This document shows, in pieces, positions 52,041 through 64,000 of a stretch of DNA of 64,000 nucleotides. The position numbers were made by a program, and so were the translations under genes. Under the pieces are notes generated by a model. It was not told the DNA's origin. It worked only from the letters and a program-made list of their open reading frames with translations, and made no database searches. The stretch is from Trichoplax adhaerens (lineage: Eukaryota > Animalia > Placozoa): NCBI RefSeq assembly GCF_000150275.1, contig NW_002060947.1:852695-916694 (forward strand), given 5' to 3'. Every line of letters starts with the position of its first letter. Position 1 is the stretch's first letter.

Positions 52041-53872
52041 TCGAACGGAAATGGTGCTGTTGTTGGCATAAGATTAATAATAAATGTCAACATTATTTCT
52101 GTTATTATTTACCTCTACACATTCATAACAATGTCAGTTTTAAGAGTGACTTTAGATTTAGAAATAACAATCTGCAAATATTCAGCATTAAATTTAGTAT
52201 GATTTATGATAATATTATTTAGAGCAATAGCAATTTAATATTTCGATTGCCTTTGTATTTCTTAGTTTTCATAGTTGACGGATGTTGAATATTATGTTTG
52301 TTTTCTACTAAACCGCCATTTATGTGGTATTATATTTCGATAACTACTTCTCTTTATCCTATCATTGTCAATTTAGTTGGATCAATTTTGCTTATTTATA
52401 AGTGATTAGTAAACACATTCATTTTTCCTAAAAATAAATTTGAGAAAGCTTGCTTAAATCTTCATCAGCTATTGCCGAATAGTTATTCAAATATAAAGCT
52501 CAGGTGCTGATTTTAAAGTTTGTCGGCTGAGCTAACAATGTTAAACATTGGAAAAATAAGCTCATCACTATGCTTTACAGGCATTTTTTCGCAATCTAGT
52601 ATCATCTTAAAGATAATTATATGTAGTCAGAGCGAGGAAAAATATGTGCTCTAGAGAATATTGATGTATTTCTAAATTCTTAAGACAGTGGTAGAAATAA
52701 TCAATATTTACAGTTAATGCATAAAATAGCAGAATACATCGTAAGTTAGACATTTTCTTGCAGATTGAGTAATTTATATGATATACCAGTTGTCTAACTA
52801 CACATATGTTAGTACTGACTGAAGCTGATTGAAAAATTAGACTTCTACTTAGCATGAGATATAATCAATCTTTTGCAAATTTATATTTAATCTATTCTAG
52901 TAAGCATTTAATACCGTCTGAATTGGCAGTAGAAAGCTTACATCTGCGAATTTGTAGTCTAATTGATTTGTTAGTTGTGATAATAATTGATCATTTAAAG
53001 CTTACGTACTTTATTTTACGAATAATTATATGAAAGTATTTAATCGTTAGAATGTCAAGTCATGATCTCCAGGAGCTATTCTAGGATTTTAGCAATGTGT
53101 TATACGATAGCAAAACAATTTATAATACGAAAATAAGATGATGATGTATAAATTTCCCGTTAAAGGCTATTAAGTTCGTAAGTGAGCAAAGAAAGGAAAT
53201 TCAATGTCTGCAGCATGCTGTATAAATGATTTAGGTTACTTTTTCCGGCCTTCATTAAACTATCAATCTTTTAGGATGTCATGAGCACTTTTGTAATGAA
53301 TCAACACGCTGGCAGTATGAAAAAGAATAGAACAGCTATTGTTCTTCTCTCCATTAGTTTTATATAACATTAATTTTAGCCACATAATTTGTATACAATA
53401 ATTATAACTGAATTAATTACTATAGAGACAGAATTCATCAAGAAATATACATAATAATGCCATATTACGGTTATTGTTTGTTATGAGGCAAGGCATTGCT
53501 TAATAAACCCGCACTGAATGGCCGCAATCTATACTATTGTCGGTCTTATGTTCTTGCTATTTAATTACTGTGATCTTAGGCTACAGTAAGTATCGTTAGT
53601 ATCTTCCTTATAAGGTGTCATACTGGATAGAATTGGTGTATGAATTATTTGTCGAACGAAAACAAGGAAGTTTTAGTATTGAATCAACCATTGACGGGAG
53701 TCTTAATTACTGAAAGCGCCGTACTTAACACATACGCTGATCGAAGCTAGTGTATACGATATAAGTCTACTTATATTTTCGTTATTCTCAATCGTGTTGG
53801 TTGTACTTAAATCGTGCATTACTAGCATTTTACTGGTGATTAATTTGAACAATCCTGTTCTTATAAACTACC

Positions 53873-56800
53873 ATGGAGGTACAGAGCTTATTCACGTGCC
53901 AAATACCTGATAATATCAATTTAGTGGATTTCATCTTCCAATATTTCGATGAATATGGCAGCCGGGTTGCTGTGGTAAGTTCTAACATTTTCTACTTAGT
54001 CAATATACAAATTGCGCGATGGGCAAAAGTTTATTAAGAAGTTATCCCAAACAAATTCAATTGCATTTCGGACTTGTACAAAAGCAAAATGCCTCTTACA
54101 TCTCTGTAATACACCACATGATCATTTGCATTTCGCTAATCCCAACCAGCAAGCAGAATATGTTCGCATCACTGATATAAAAGATGTTAACGATATCCAA
54201 TGACAGAAAACGAAATTGATGGCTGATCAATAGCTAAAACCAACAGACTACCATCTTGAAATAGTAAAGAGTGAAAGTCATCCCTAACTAATTTTACTAT
54301 CCAAGATGAAAAACAAAGAAGCTTTTCTAGCGGTATAATAAAAATAATCGTTGTAGTATAATGTCTTAAACGCAATTTTAAAGTCGGGATATAATCGGTT
54401 AACAGTGTGCATATTTTGCAAGCCCATTTATTAATAACTTGCTATTCTTTAGAAGCTTTACTGCTTTCGCTATATCTGTATCGTTAGTGTTGTATAGCCA
54501 TTGCAATTTCTTCAGCTACAGAACCTAAGACAAGGTTTATCATTTTCTAATAGTTTTAATTTTATAACCAACTACATACTGCAGTATCTTGAAGGGCAAA
54601 TGTCTTAACAACGTATCATTTTTATTATTCTAACAAGGTTTTCATATATAACTAGATATGATACTATAAAAGGAGAGATAAATGATGATTATCTTTAACA
54701 TAAAATATAAAATTCTGTCAGATTAGTAGTGAAAAGTGTGATTAAAGTGCCCCTACGTATTCATATGTTTTTATATCGAGCCAGACTTGCTAGGTTAATA
54801 GAGTTAACTTCTAAAGATTTTAGATTAATTTCGATAATTAGGACTATTTCATAAGCATACCATCCATCTTCATGATTTCTTAAATTTCTAACGATGATTG
54901 CTATTGTCATGACATGATGCTAACGACTGAATTACTAATTTTATTTTAATCCGAAATGAAAGCTAACGGAATTGAAGTCAACCAGACTTGACTATAGTAT
55001 TTTTAACTTTTCACAGTCTAATATGAAAATATTTGATATGGCAAAGGCTTCATTAAGTTTGCTCGTTATTTCGGGAGGATAGATTTGTAGAGTTTGAGCT
55101 GTGAAATCATTTTAGTCGTTTATAAAAATCATTTAACTGATTGAAATGCTAGATATACATGACTGAAATTCTGGAACTGTACACGAGAAGTGTAATAGTA
55201 ATGTTTTCTGGATCACAAATATAAAATATGTATCCCACGGTATACATTTAGAGACGAAAATATTAGAATTTTAATTACTTGATCACAGATACTGCCGTTA
55301 TACTCACTGATATTATACGGCACTTATTTCAAGAAGTCAATGAATACATAGAAAACCAGCTACTTTATTGCAAGATATCAATTTTAAGACTCTTGACTTA
55401 TTCTGTAATACAGTAACCGTGTCTGACTACCGTATCCGTTACTTGCATTTATTATTTTCTTTCTTGTTAAAGTGAATGACATATAATCGGCTAACGCTAT
55501 GGTTTAAATGGAAATGCTGAAAGATGCGCTTCTAACTACAGTATGATACATTTCAGATGCATTTGGTACCATGGTAGCTTAGCGTAGATTAGCTTTCCTT
55601 AGAAAGTTTTATAGGCACAGAATCATCAGTACAATATGAAGTACAGATCAGTTTCCATCAAGCATTCAATTCTAAGGATCTTAATACTTAATTCGAATGA
55701 CTTAGATCCATTGTACATGGTTGATTCAATAATTAAGATTTTAAAGCGATATTGCTAAAGCAATTTTAGGCCTATTAAGGCGAATCTTTTTTACCTTACA
55801 GATCCCCTTACCTGTTTGTTTAATTAAAAAATAGTTTAACGAAATGAAAGCCCTCTCTCTCGGATATTTACTGTATATATATGCAATTTCAAATCTATGA
55901 CAAAATACTAACTTACATATCAAGTCTGTTTGGCTGCTTCAGAAACATTTTCTTAGCAAGAAAACACAATATGCACTATGTTTGAAGACTTAGAGAACTT
56001 GTATTAGAATAAAACATAAAAAATGATACTATGACCTAAAATATAATATAATATATACGGATATTAAGGTAGATAATAGATTATCACGGTAGTATATTTA
56101 ATGCATATTAATGATACCTATCCACAGAAAATATTCTTTATCATCTAAAAAATAGGTTATTGCTAGTTTTATAAGCAAGCTGCTCCAATTTTACTTATAA
56201 TAGATATAGATTCCAATAGATTAATGATTGAGCTTTATAATCTTCTCGTCCTTGCACTATACTGTACAGTGAATGTAATAGCAATTAGATATCTTTTTCA
56301 ATGCAAATAATGTTATAGCTAAGGATAGAGGCAGACAGTTATCTGAACCTACTTTAAATAAAATATATTTCATAATTTAAATACAATCATTAATTTATCG
56401 TTCCTAAACTCGTATACCATTAACTTTTAGTTTTTGTATCAGACAAGATTATTAAGTAGTGACGGCTAATGAACGTAGGCAGAGTCCAATCCATAGCTAT
56501 ATAACCCTAAAATTACAAATGAATTAATCTGCTTTACTAAGGTAGGATGTTACGTAGTTAAGACCAAGATCTTTTATGTTATTCTTATATAACTATTATC
56601 AATACTCATATTATTTACAGGTTGATGCTAAAACTGGCCATTCCTACACTTACGCTCAAATCAGAGAATTCACAATAAAGCTTGCATCGGCTTTATTGCG
56701 TCTAGGATTAAGTAATGATGATGTCGTTGCAATTTATGCACCCAATATTCCTGAATATCCTATCGTATTTTTTGGAACGGTATTAGCCGGTGGTACAGCA

Positions 56801-59452
56801 TGTATAGTCAATCCGGCATATTCCGTTAAAGAATTAACTAATCAGCTAGAATTGTCTGAAGCCAAGTATATCTTTACCGTGAGTGCTTTCCTTGACAAAG
56901 CAAAAGAAGCAGCAGCAAGAAGGTCAGAAATGATGCACATTATTTTCTCTATACTTAAAATGAGCTAGCTGTTACTACTATCAATTTCTTACCATCTAAT
57001 GTCTTTAAAAATATTTGCATCATTAGAGATATTTCTAATATCTACGTCATGGATAACATCACGGATAGCGATATTACCTTGGCTCAAGAATTATTAGAAG
57101 ATGATGGCAGTCGATATAAAAGTAAAAAGATCAATTCTTGCGAAAATATAGCGGCTATAGCCTTTACTGATGGTACTACAGGCTCACCCAAAGGTAGCCT
57201 TATCAATCCTTGAACTAATGTTATTCGTTAAGAATATAGGTAGTAATTAGGTTATTATATCCTTTAACTCTGTACTTCAACAACCACTGTTGGTACGCTC
57301 TTTTATTTAGTGAGCAATATAGTATTCAATACGTCTGCAGTTAGATTTGTAGCATCGTTTGCTTTGTAATCTTACTGTTTTTTCCATAGTAAGCTAGTGG
57401 TGAATGGTCTCTAGTTAAGATAGACAGCGAGTTTAAATTTTGTATAGTCGGCCAGTCCCTGATTCGAATCACACCTTACTGTAAGCTACCCGTCTGCAGT
57501 TAGATTTATTGCTTCGTTTATTATGCAATTTGACTGTTTTTCCATAGTGAGAGGTCGGTAAATAATCTCTAGTTAGGTAAATAGTGAATTTAAAACTTGT
57601 TCTTTTCAAGTGAAATTTTGATTCAAGTTGCATCTAACGATAAACTATAATCGTCAAGTCATTTACCCTAGCTCGAACCGTAGTCAATAGATTTATAAAT
57701 TCGCCAAAATTATCGCGAGGTAATGCCCAAAAAATATCTTAGTCGTTTCTCCCTAGCTGTGTTGACCAGACCGCTAGTTGCTAGGACTATACACAGCTTC
57801 TCTGTTGAGATGTTTGTATAGCGCTTGTAAAAAATTCAATATTAAAATTGGTTCTTGCCAAAATCCCTATTAACAATCGTATGTATTCACTTTATCAGGC
57901 GTTATATTAACTCATCACAATATCATCAGCAATGTTAGCCAAGCTGCTGTACGGCCATTCTTTACAGTCGATGAACAAGATATCTTATTGGCCTTGATAC
58001 CATGGTTCGACATCTATGGTATGGTTGCAAATCTCTTGATTGGTTTACGATTTGGAGGCAAACTTGTTTCCCTGGCCGAAGCTAATACAACAGTCTTTCT
58101 AGAAACAATTCAACAACACAAGGTATGGTAACTATATTCTAGCGATCGTTTTCTTCATTTTTATTGATGTACGAGGTTATTTGGAATGTCAAGGGAGCTT
58201 AGTAATTTTCTTTTCTTTCAAGATTACCATTGCAACTATTACTCCACGAATTGCAGCTTCGCTATCCAAACAGACATTGACTGGCAACTTTAATGTTAGC
58301 AGTTTGAACGACGTTATTGGGGCAGCAGCTCCTTTAGGTAAAGAAGCGCAAACAGTATTGGGAGGTAATCTGGGTGGATCATATCGACAAGGTAAGCAAT
58401 ACATAGCTAGAAATATCAGTAACATCTGGTTTGATTCTTCAGGTAGCACACTATTTTCCCATCATTTAAAGGTATTCATACAATTGCTTATATGTCTTTT
58501 TTCCCCGGGCGTACTTAGCTTACGGCTTAACTGAATTAAGTCCCGTAGTAGCTGTTGTGCCTTCAAGCAAGGCAATTATTGGCTCGGTCGGTAAACTTGT
58601 TCCCCATACGAAGGGAAAGGTACTGATATAGTTATAATGTTCTGCTATCCGTCCATTTCGACCATTTTCTTACTATATCACAAAATAAATTCGTCAGTTA
58701 ATGCCGTAGTAAACGTTAGTATTAAGTTATGGTACGGCAAAATAATGATTTAAATGCTTCGATTTATGTTGGTATAGGTAGTAAATATTGAAACTGGTGA
58801 AGCTCTACCTGTTGGCGAATCAGGTGAATTATGCTTTAAAGGTCCTCAAGTAATGAAAGGCTATTTAGGAAATCAGGCTGCTACTGAATCAGTTATTGAT
58901 GAAGATGGATGGTTACATACTGGAGATGTTGGGTATTATGATGAATCGGGCAATTTGTATATCGTTGATCGCCTGGATGAATTCATTAAATATGACGATT
59001 TCCAGGTAAATGGGAGTTATAAAGGGAAAGATTTCATCCCATAAATTAAATTTCTGCTGATTACTATGATTAATAGATAATTTCACTTAGTCTGAGGATG
59101 ACAATTTGACCTCGTTTCATTCATGCTATAGGTAGCACCGGCTGAATTAGAAGAGGTTTTATTAACTCATCCTAAGGTTTCCGATGCAGCTGTTATTGGG
59201 ATTCCAAATATTGATGGTGGAGAGCTTGCCAAGGCCTTCGTAGTTAAATGTGATAATGATATCACTGAGAAAGAGTTGGAAGATTTTGTTGCTTCAGAAG
59301 TAGCTGAACATAAGAAATTATATGGAGGGGTTGAATTTATTGATACTCTGCCTAAATCGACAGGTGGCAAGTTATTGCGTCGTCGACTGAAAGAGCTGGA
59401 AATAGAAAAGATAAAAGCAATTACTCAGTTTGATACCGTAGAAAGCTTTTAA
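53873..59452 (+). CDS. 4CL/luciferase-like ANL enzyme, copy 2; intact frame but divergent catalytic motifs
   Basis: Exons: 53873-53974, 56621-56922, 57027-57193, 57899-58122, 58223-58391, 58519-58619, 58778-59005, 59132-59452. Exons 1-7 have the same lengths as in copy 1. Motifs FTDGTTGSPKG, PWFDIYG, QAYGLTE, DRLDEFIKYDDFQV, PKSTGGKLLRR. Confidence 0.92.
57332..57649. repeat. ~159-bp diverged tandem duplication in intron 3 of ligase copy 2
   Basis: CGTCTGCAGTTAGATTT..ACTGTTTTT.CCATAGT..TCTCTAGTTA starts at about 57332 and 57491. Confidence 0.8.
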
Positions 59453-62407
59453 AATTTGAGCAGCTCATCTGGTTATCTTGCATTACATATGGATGTGATA
59501 TTTTTAGATACCCCAAATGGTGTGATATCTTCAGCATCTTATATTTCAATCTTTTTCGAAAACTTGTAATTTAATCAGTGATTGCTGTCCCATTTCTTGT
59601 ATACGGTGCTCTTCAGCAATGAGATCCTTTCGCAAGCACTTTGTTACTACATCAAAGTGCACTGATTGCCCTCCATTTATATGCTTAGCGAAAAAGGGTC
59701 AGGATTTTAATTTATGAATTATCGATGGTTTGAAGAGTGATCGGTGTGGCTTCTTCTGTGTAACCCCCATATCATTATTTTCTTAATATATCAGGTATAA
59801 TTATTACCAATAGTTATATTACCTATATACTGTTGAAAATATGTTATTTTCTTGACAGTTTTATCGCTCTTGCTGTTTAGCTAGTTAAAATCATTGATCT
59901 TTGTTTGCGAACTATTTATAGCTTCTTTTTGTTCGTAAGCTTGGGCTTATAGTGACACTATTTAAGTAGGAAATATAAATAATGTAACCATGGTTTAAGT
60001 AGATTATTTGAGAGAACAAATATGTATGATGTATATGTGATTATGTCTTAATATTTTCTTTAGGCATACTCGTAGCACTACTATACAGAATAATTATCAA
60101 TCTATGATTATGAAATTATCGAACCTTATTGCATTGTAGAGATTTCTTTCTGCAGTTTTCGTAATGTTTCGGTACAACATATTGTAATAATAAATTTTAC
60201 TTTACACGATGTTAAAATATAAAACGATGCATTCGATCCGGCTAAATGAAAATGCACATGGCTACCATTGAATGAAATACTTACTTTATATACGGCTCAA
60301 GTAGCTAACATCGTTCAAGTGAAGCAACCAAGTACATCAGGATATTGGACTAGAGAGGTGAAATATTACGGTCTCAATGATGTTTTTCATAGACTATTTA
60401 TTACCGACAATTTAAGGCAGCAACTGAAGGAATATGATTACAATAGGCTTAGATTCAAGATGATATTACGATGGAACAAAATGGCACAACATTAAGACTT
60501 TATACGGTAGTACTTTCATGCACTATAGCCTTATAAATGCAGCTAATTGAACGTTGATCATATGCGTTTGCACAAATTGAAGGATAGTTCTTTCCATTTT
60601 ATTTGTAGTGGATCTGTCATAGAAATTTCTTTAAGTAACTATCTCAAATGATAGCTGAAATGAAGGTTAACATGTAGCTGAAATTACTTTTAGCGTTCTA
60701 AACAGTTACTTCTGGTCATTCCTTCTCAATGAAAGTTTAATATGATCATTCATTACACTTTTCTAGTTCAGTACAGCAGTATTTTCTTATTTTTATAATT
60801 ATTAAATTATAGTAAAAATTTCTGGTCCACTACAGCCTCATGACAGCTAACGAAAATCAGATCAGCATCATGATCGTTACAGTTATTACTGTAACTTAAT
60901 GAGATGCTCTTAAACAAAAAAATCTACAGCCCAATCGTAAGATTAAGAGAGAATATCTTATCACCTTAGAATGATTACAGATTCTGCATCATCGATATAG
61001 ATATCGGCTTACAAACTAATATCGTCATTTACGATAAGTTCAGGCCTATTTTTTTTCCAGCAAGCAGTACATTTATCAATTACTCTCCTTCACAGTGAGA
61101 ATATTTACGTTTAATAAATAAAATGGTTTTGACGGTCAATAATCATTTTATAGCAATTTTATATGATCCAATTTGTAGCATTATATTGCTTTGTAACTAA
61201 TATCCTCATCCAGTCATTGTCCATTACTGCCAACTGCTATCGAATATAAAGTCGGAAAATTCTGCTTTTAGCACCTTTTACAGCCATATAAATCAACATT
61301 GAAGAATAAATTGAAGGCAATGGATAAGATTAATTTCCGATATTATAACTTTTGATAGAACTTCTTAGAACTGAATATAGAAAGTTCTTGAGTTTGTTTT
61401 CTCACACTTTCTACCTGTAGCTTTTAAGATATTTAGTCAAATCAAGTTATGAAATCGATTAAAAAGTATGGGTAAAATGTTAATAGCCTGATAAATTGAA
61501 AAACGAACTACGAGTACTGTAGCTGTTTGCTTTGAGAAAGTTGAGTCAGTATAATTCAAAGTCTATTACTGATGCTAATTTATTTATCTTCAAGAAGCAT
61601 CACAAAGCTAGTAATATTATATTGATAAATTAATTAGACCTTTAGCAGTATCTACAGCAGATTATAGCCAATTGTAGATCATACTAAATCCACCACGAAG
61701 TGTTTGAATATTTCAATTTTATCTCCCAGCATTATTGGAATAACAACGATAAAGAGCAAATCAGATCTTACTTATTAGGTAAAAGGCTATACAATATTAA
61801 CCACAGGATTAATTATCCTGTTACAAAGGAATAATATCAATAAAAGCTCTTCATTAATCTGGAATGATTATTATTAATAAATCTATTATGTTGCTAAAGT
61901 TTAATTTTCTACAATTAGTTAGTTCTTTGTGCACGGTTGGATATCCTCGCAGCCAATAGAGAGTATAGCCAAAGAATGTTGGGAGTAACCGAGAAAAAAG
62001 AAAATACTAATTATCATCCAGACTTGTATTTCTCGTCTAATTAGCTAATAATACAGCTTTCTTCTATTGAACGTGTGACTGCAAGATATTCTAGTAATGA
62101 AAAGCTTGAGCATATAATAAATTCTATACTTTATGAATTGTGGTAACCTGTGTAAATTAGTGCAACATCGATCGTCGATAAAGTTTTGGGCGTTGAGAGT
62201 CTTACACCGCCTATCATAACCCTTCAAATATCAATTTGAAGAATTACGAAAGAGCAAAGATTTATATTTACACAGCAAGGATAGCCCCTTATAGCTGTTT
62301 GCTTTTTACTCTAGCGTGTTACCATCTATAAGCTTTTATTTTAGCTTGATTTAACTGTGACAATTAACTCAAGTTAGTGTTCACACTTGATAAACTTTTA
62401 AGTCAAA

Positions 62408-62509
62408 ATGGAAATAACAAGTAAATATGACTGCAAGTTACCTGATGGGATCAGTTTGATCGATTATGTCTTTGAATATTTCGATAAGTATGCTGATAGA
62501 GAAGCTGTG
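62408..62509 (+). CDS. First coding exon of a third 4CL-like ligase; the gene likely continues beyond the window
   Basis: MEITSKYDCKLPDGISLIDYVFEYFDKYADREAV|GTAAG, 102 nt, homologous to exon 1 of copy 1 ([34 protein letters not shown]) and copy 2. Confidence 0.88.
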
Positions 62510-64000
62510 GTAAGCTATGAGTTTTTTAATTCTTATTTATGAATTAGATATGATATTAACAGTTGCTAAAATATGGAGAATTGTACAATACAATGGAATA
62601 CATCGAGTGAAATTTTACCCATAATTTATGAACATGTGATAATTTAACAAACGACCACAACCCCGAAATACGGTTACGTATAATAGCTGTTTAATATGCA
62701 ATGGGAGGTAGCGTCTTAAAGCAGGAATTACTTGGAACTACACTATAGCACAACATCATCTATTTCAATATCGTGATTTCCTTCTAACCTTTAACTGCAA
62801 ATATTCAAGACATATTTTAAACTATTACGTACTAGGAACTAGCTATGAATAAGATTAATAGACGGACTAATGATATAATGGCTAAATCTAGTACTAAAAA
62901 TTTCAGAAGGTTTAGTATGGTTAGTACTTTGTTCGTAATATTAAATCAAACATATTAAAGTAAACTCTATGAAACGATTGATATACCATCAATTATCGTA
63001 TATTAATTCTGTGTCAGACTTTGGGTTCATTTTAGCACCTATAAGCCTTAACCCAGTTATCTCGTCAGCTTGTAGTATTTTCCACGCGCAAAGGCCTACG
63101 TAAATTATCTATACTTGATTTAGAAGTAGCCTTTCAAAAGGTACTGAGGTTAATCGAGTCCATAAATGGATTCATAATTAAAAATTGATTTCTATTATCG
63201 CGATTTAACCCGTAAATCTATTCCTTGGTTTTAGCAATAAACCGATTTAAGATACGCATTCTCCATTTTATCATGCTATCGTCCGTGTCTGTAGTCTAGA
63301 ATAATATTCTAAAAGCTCTAGTCTTTTTTGAACTTCTTATTTATTTATACTAGTAAAGTTCCCATTCAAACGAACGGGTATATATTCTACACAAAGCAAG
63401 ACGTTGAAAGAAAACTCACTGCCAGATTATTTCTTACTACTTATGAATATGTCCGATTAAAATAATATTAAAATTAACCTTTCTGTAATATCATGACATT
63501 GTATCATAAAATTAATTCAATCTGAAATCCATTGCAATGGTATCAAATCTTAGTAGATAGAATCTTTTAATAGTTATTGCTGAGTTACTGTACGGATACT
63601 ATGAATTGATTTAGATGGATGCCACTGGGACAACCCAGAAGAAATTAGACCACTGAAGTAGTCACCAATTAATTACTATTGTAAAATAACTGATACTGAT
63701 GTCTAAAATGAGGAATTGAAGCCACAAACCTACTGACTATTCGCTTGTGATACGAATTAAGATACTACTGACTAACTCCTATCTCCAGGAGGCTATATTA
63801 CCATTGACTATTTAAAACGGAACATTAAAAAATAAAGGATCTGTCATAAAATTAGTAGTACCCTATCCTAAGAAGTAAAGAAGCTTACTGGTTAGATTCC
63901 TAAGAAAACTGTAGGTTAGAATATGGTGCTTAGAAAGGATCTTTGCCCCTCTGTGCCAGTAAGAAAGTGAAATTTATATGAGTCCACCACGAGTATATTT

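Noticed and set aside
57390-57480. tRNA or tRNA-derived SINE (GATTCGAATC resembles a B box)
   Set aside because: No convincing cloverleaf or A box, and the motif is degraded in the second repeat copy.
47533-59452. Bioluminescent luciferase
   Set aside because: The motifs are shared by the whole 4CL/luciferase-like family; nothing in the sequence specifically supports light emission.

Overview
AT-rich, intron-dense animal DNA with very short introns. The gene content and style resemble a placozoan such as Trichoplax; this is inferred, not proven. The left half carries the 3' part of a PDS5 cohesin regulator (+), EXOC1/Sec3 (-, convergent with PDS5, stop codons 50 bp apart), an ankyrin-repeat gene ending in a CaaX box (-) and cyclin A (-). 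The right half (29.6 kb to the window end) is a co-oriented block of small-molecule enzymes. It holds three intronless clan-3 cytochrome P450s and one intronless deiodinase-family selenoprotein, whose in-frame TGA splits it into two ORFs in the track and whose 3' UTR contains a clear type II SECIS. It also holds at least three tandem 4-coumarate-CoA-ligase/luciferase-like adenylating enzymes, the second intact but rewired at its catalytic motifs. The main hypothesis is an animal metabolic gene cluster for halogenated aromatics (reductive dehalogenation, oxidation, adenylation/CoA activation), with DR1 nuclear-receptor sites upstream. All exon structures and protein comparisons were made by eye against remembered family motifs; no searches were run.
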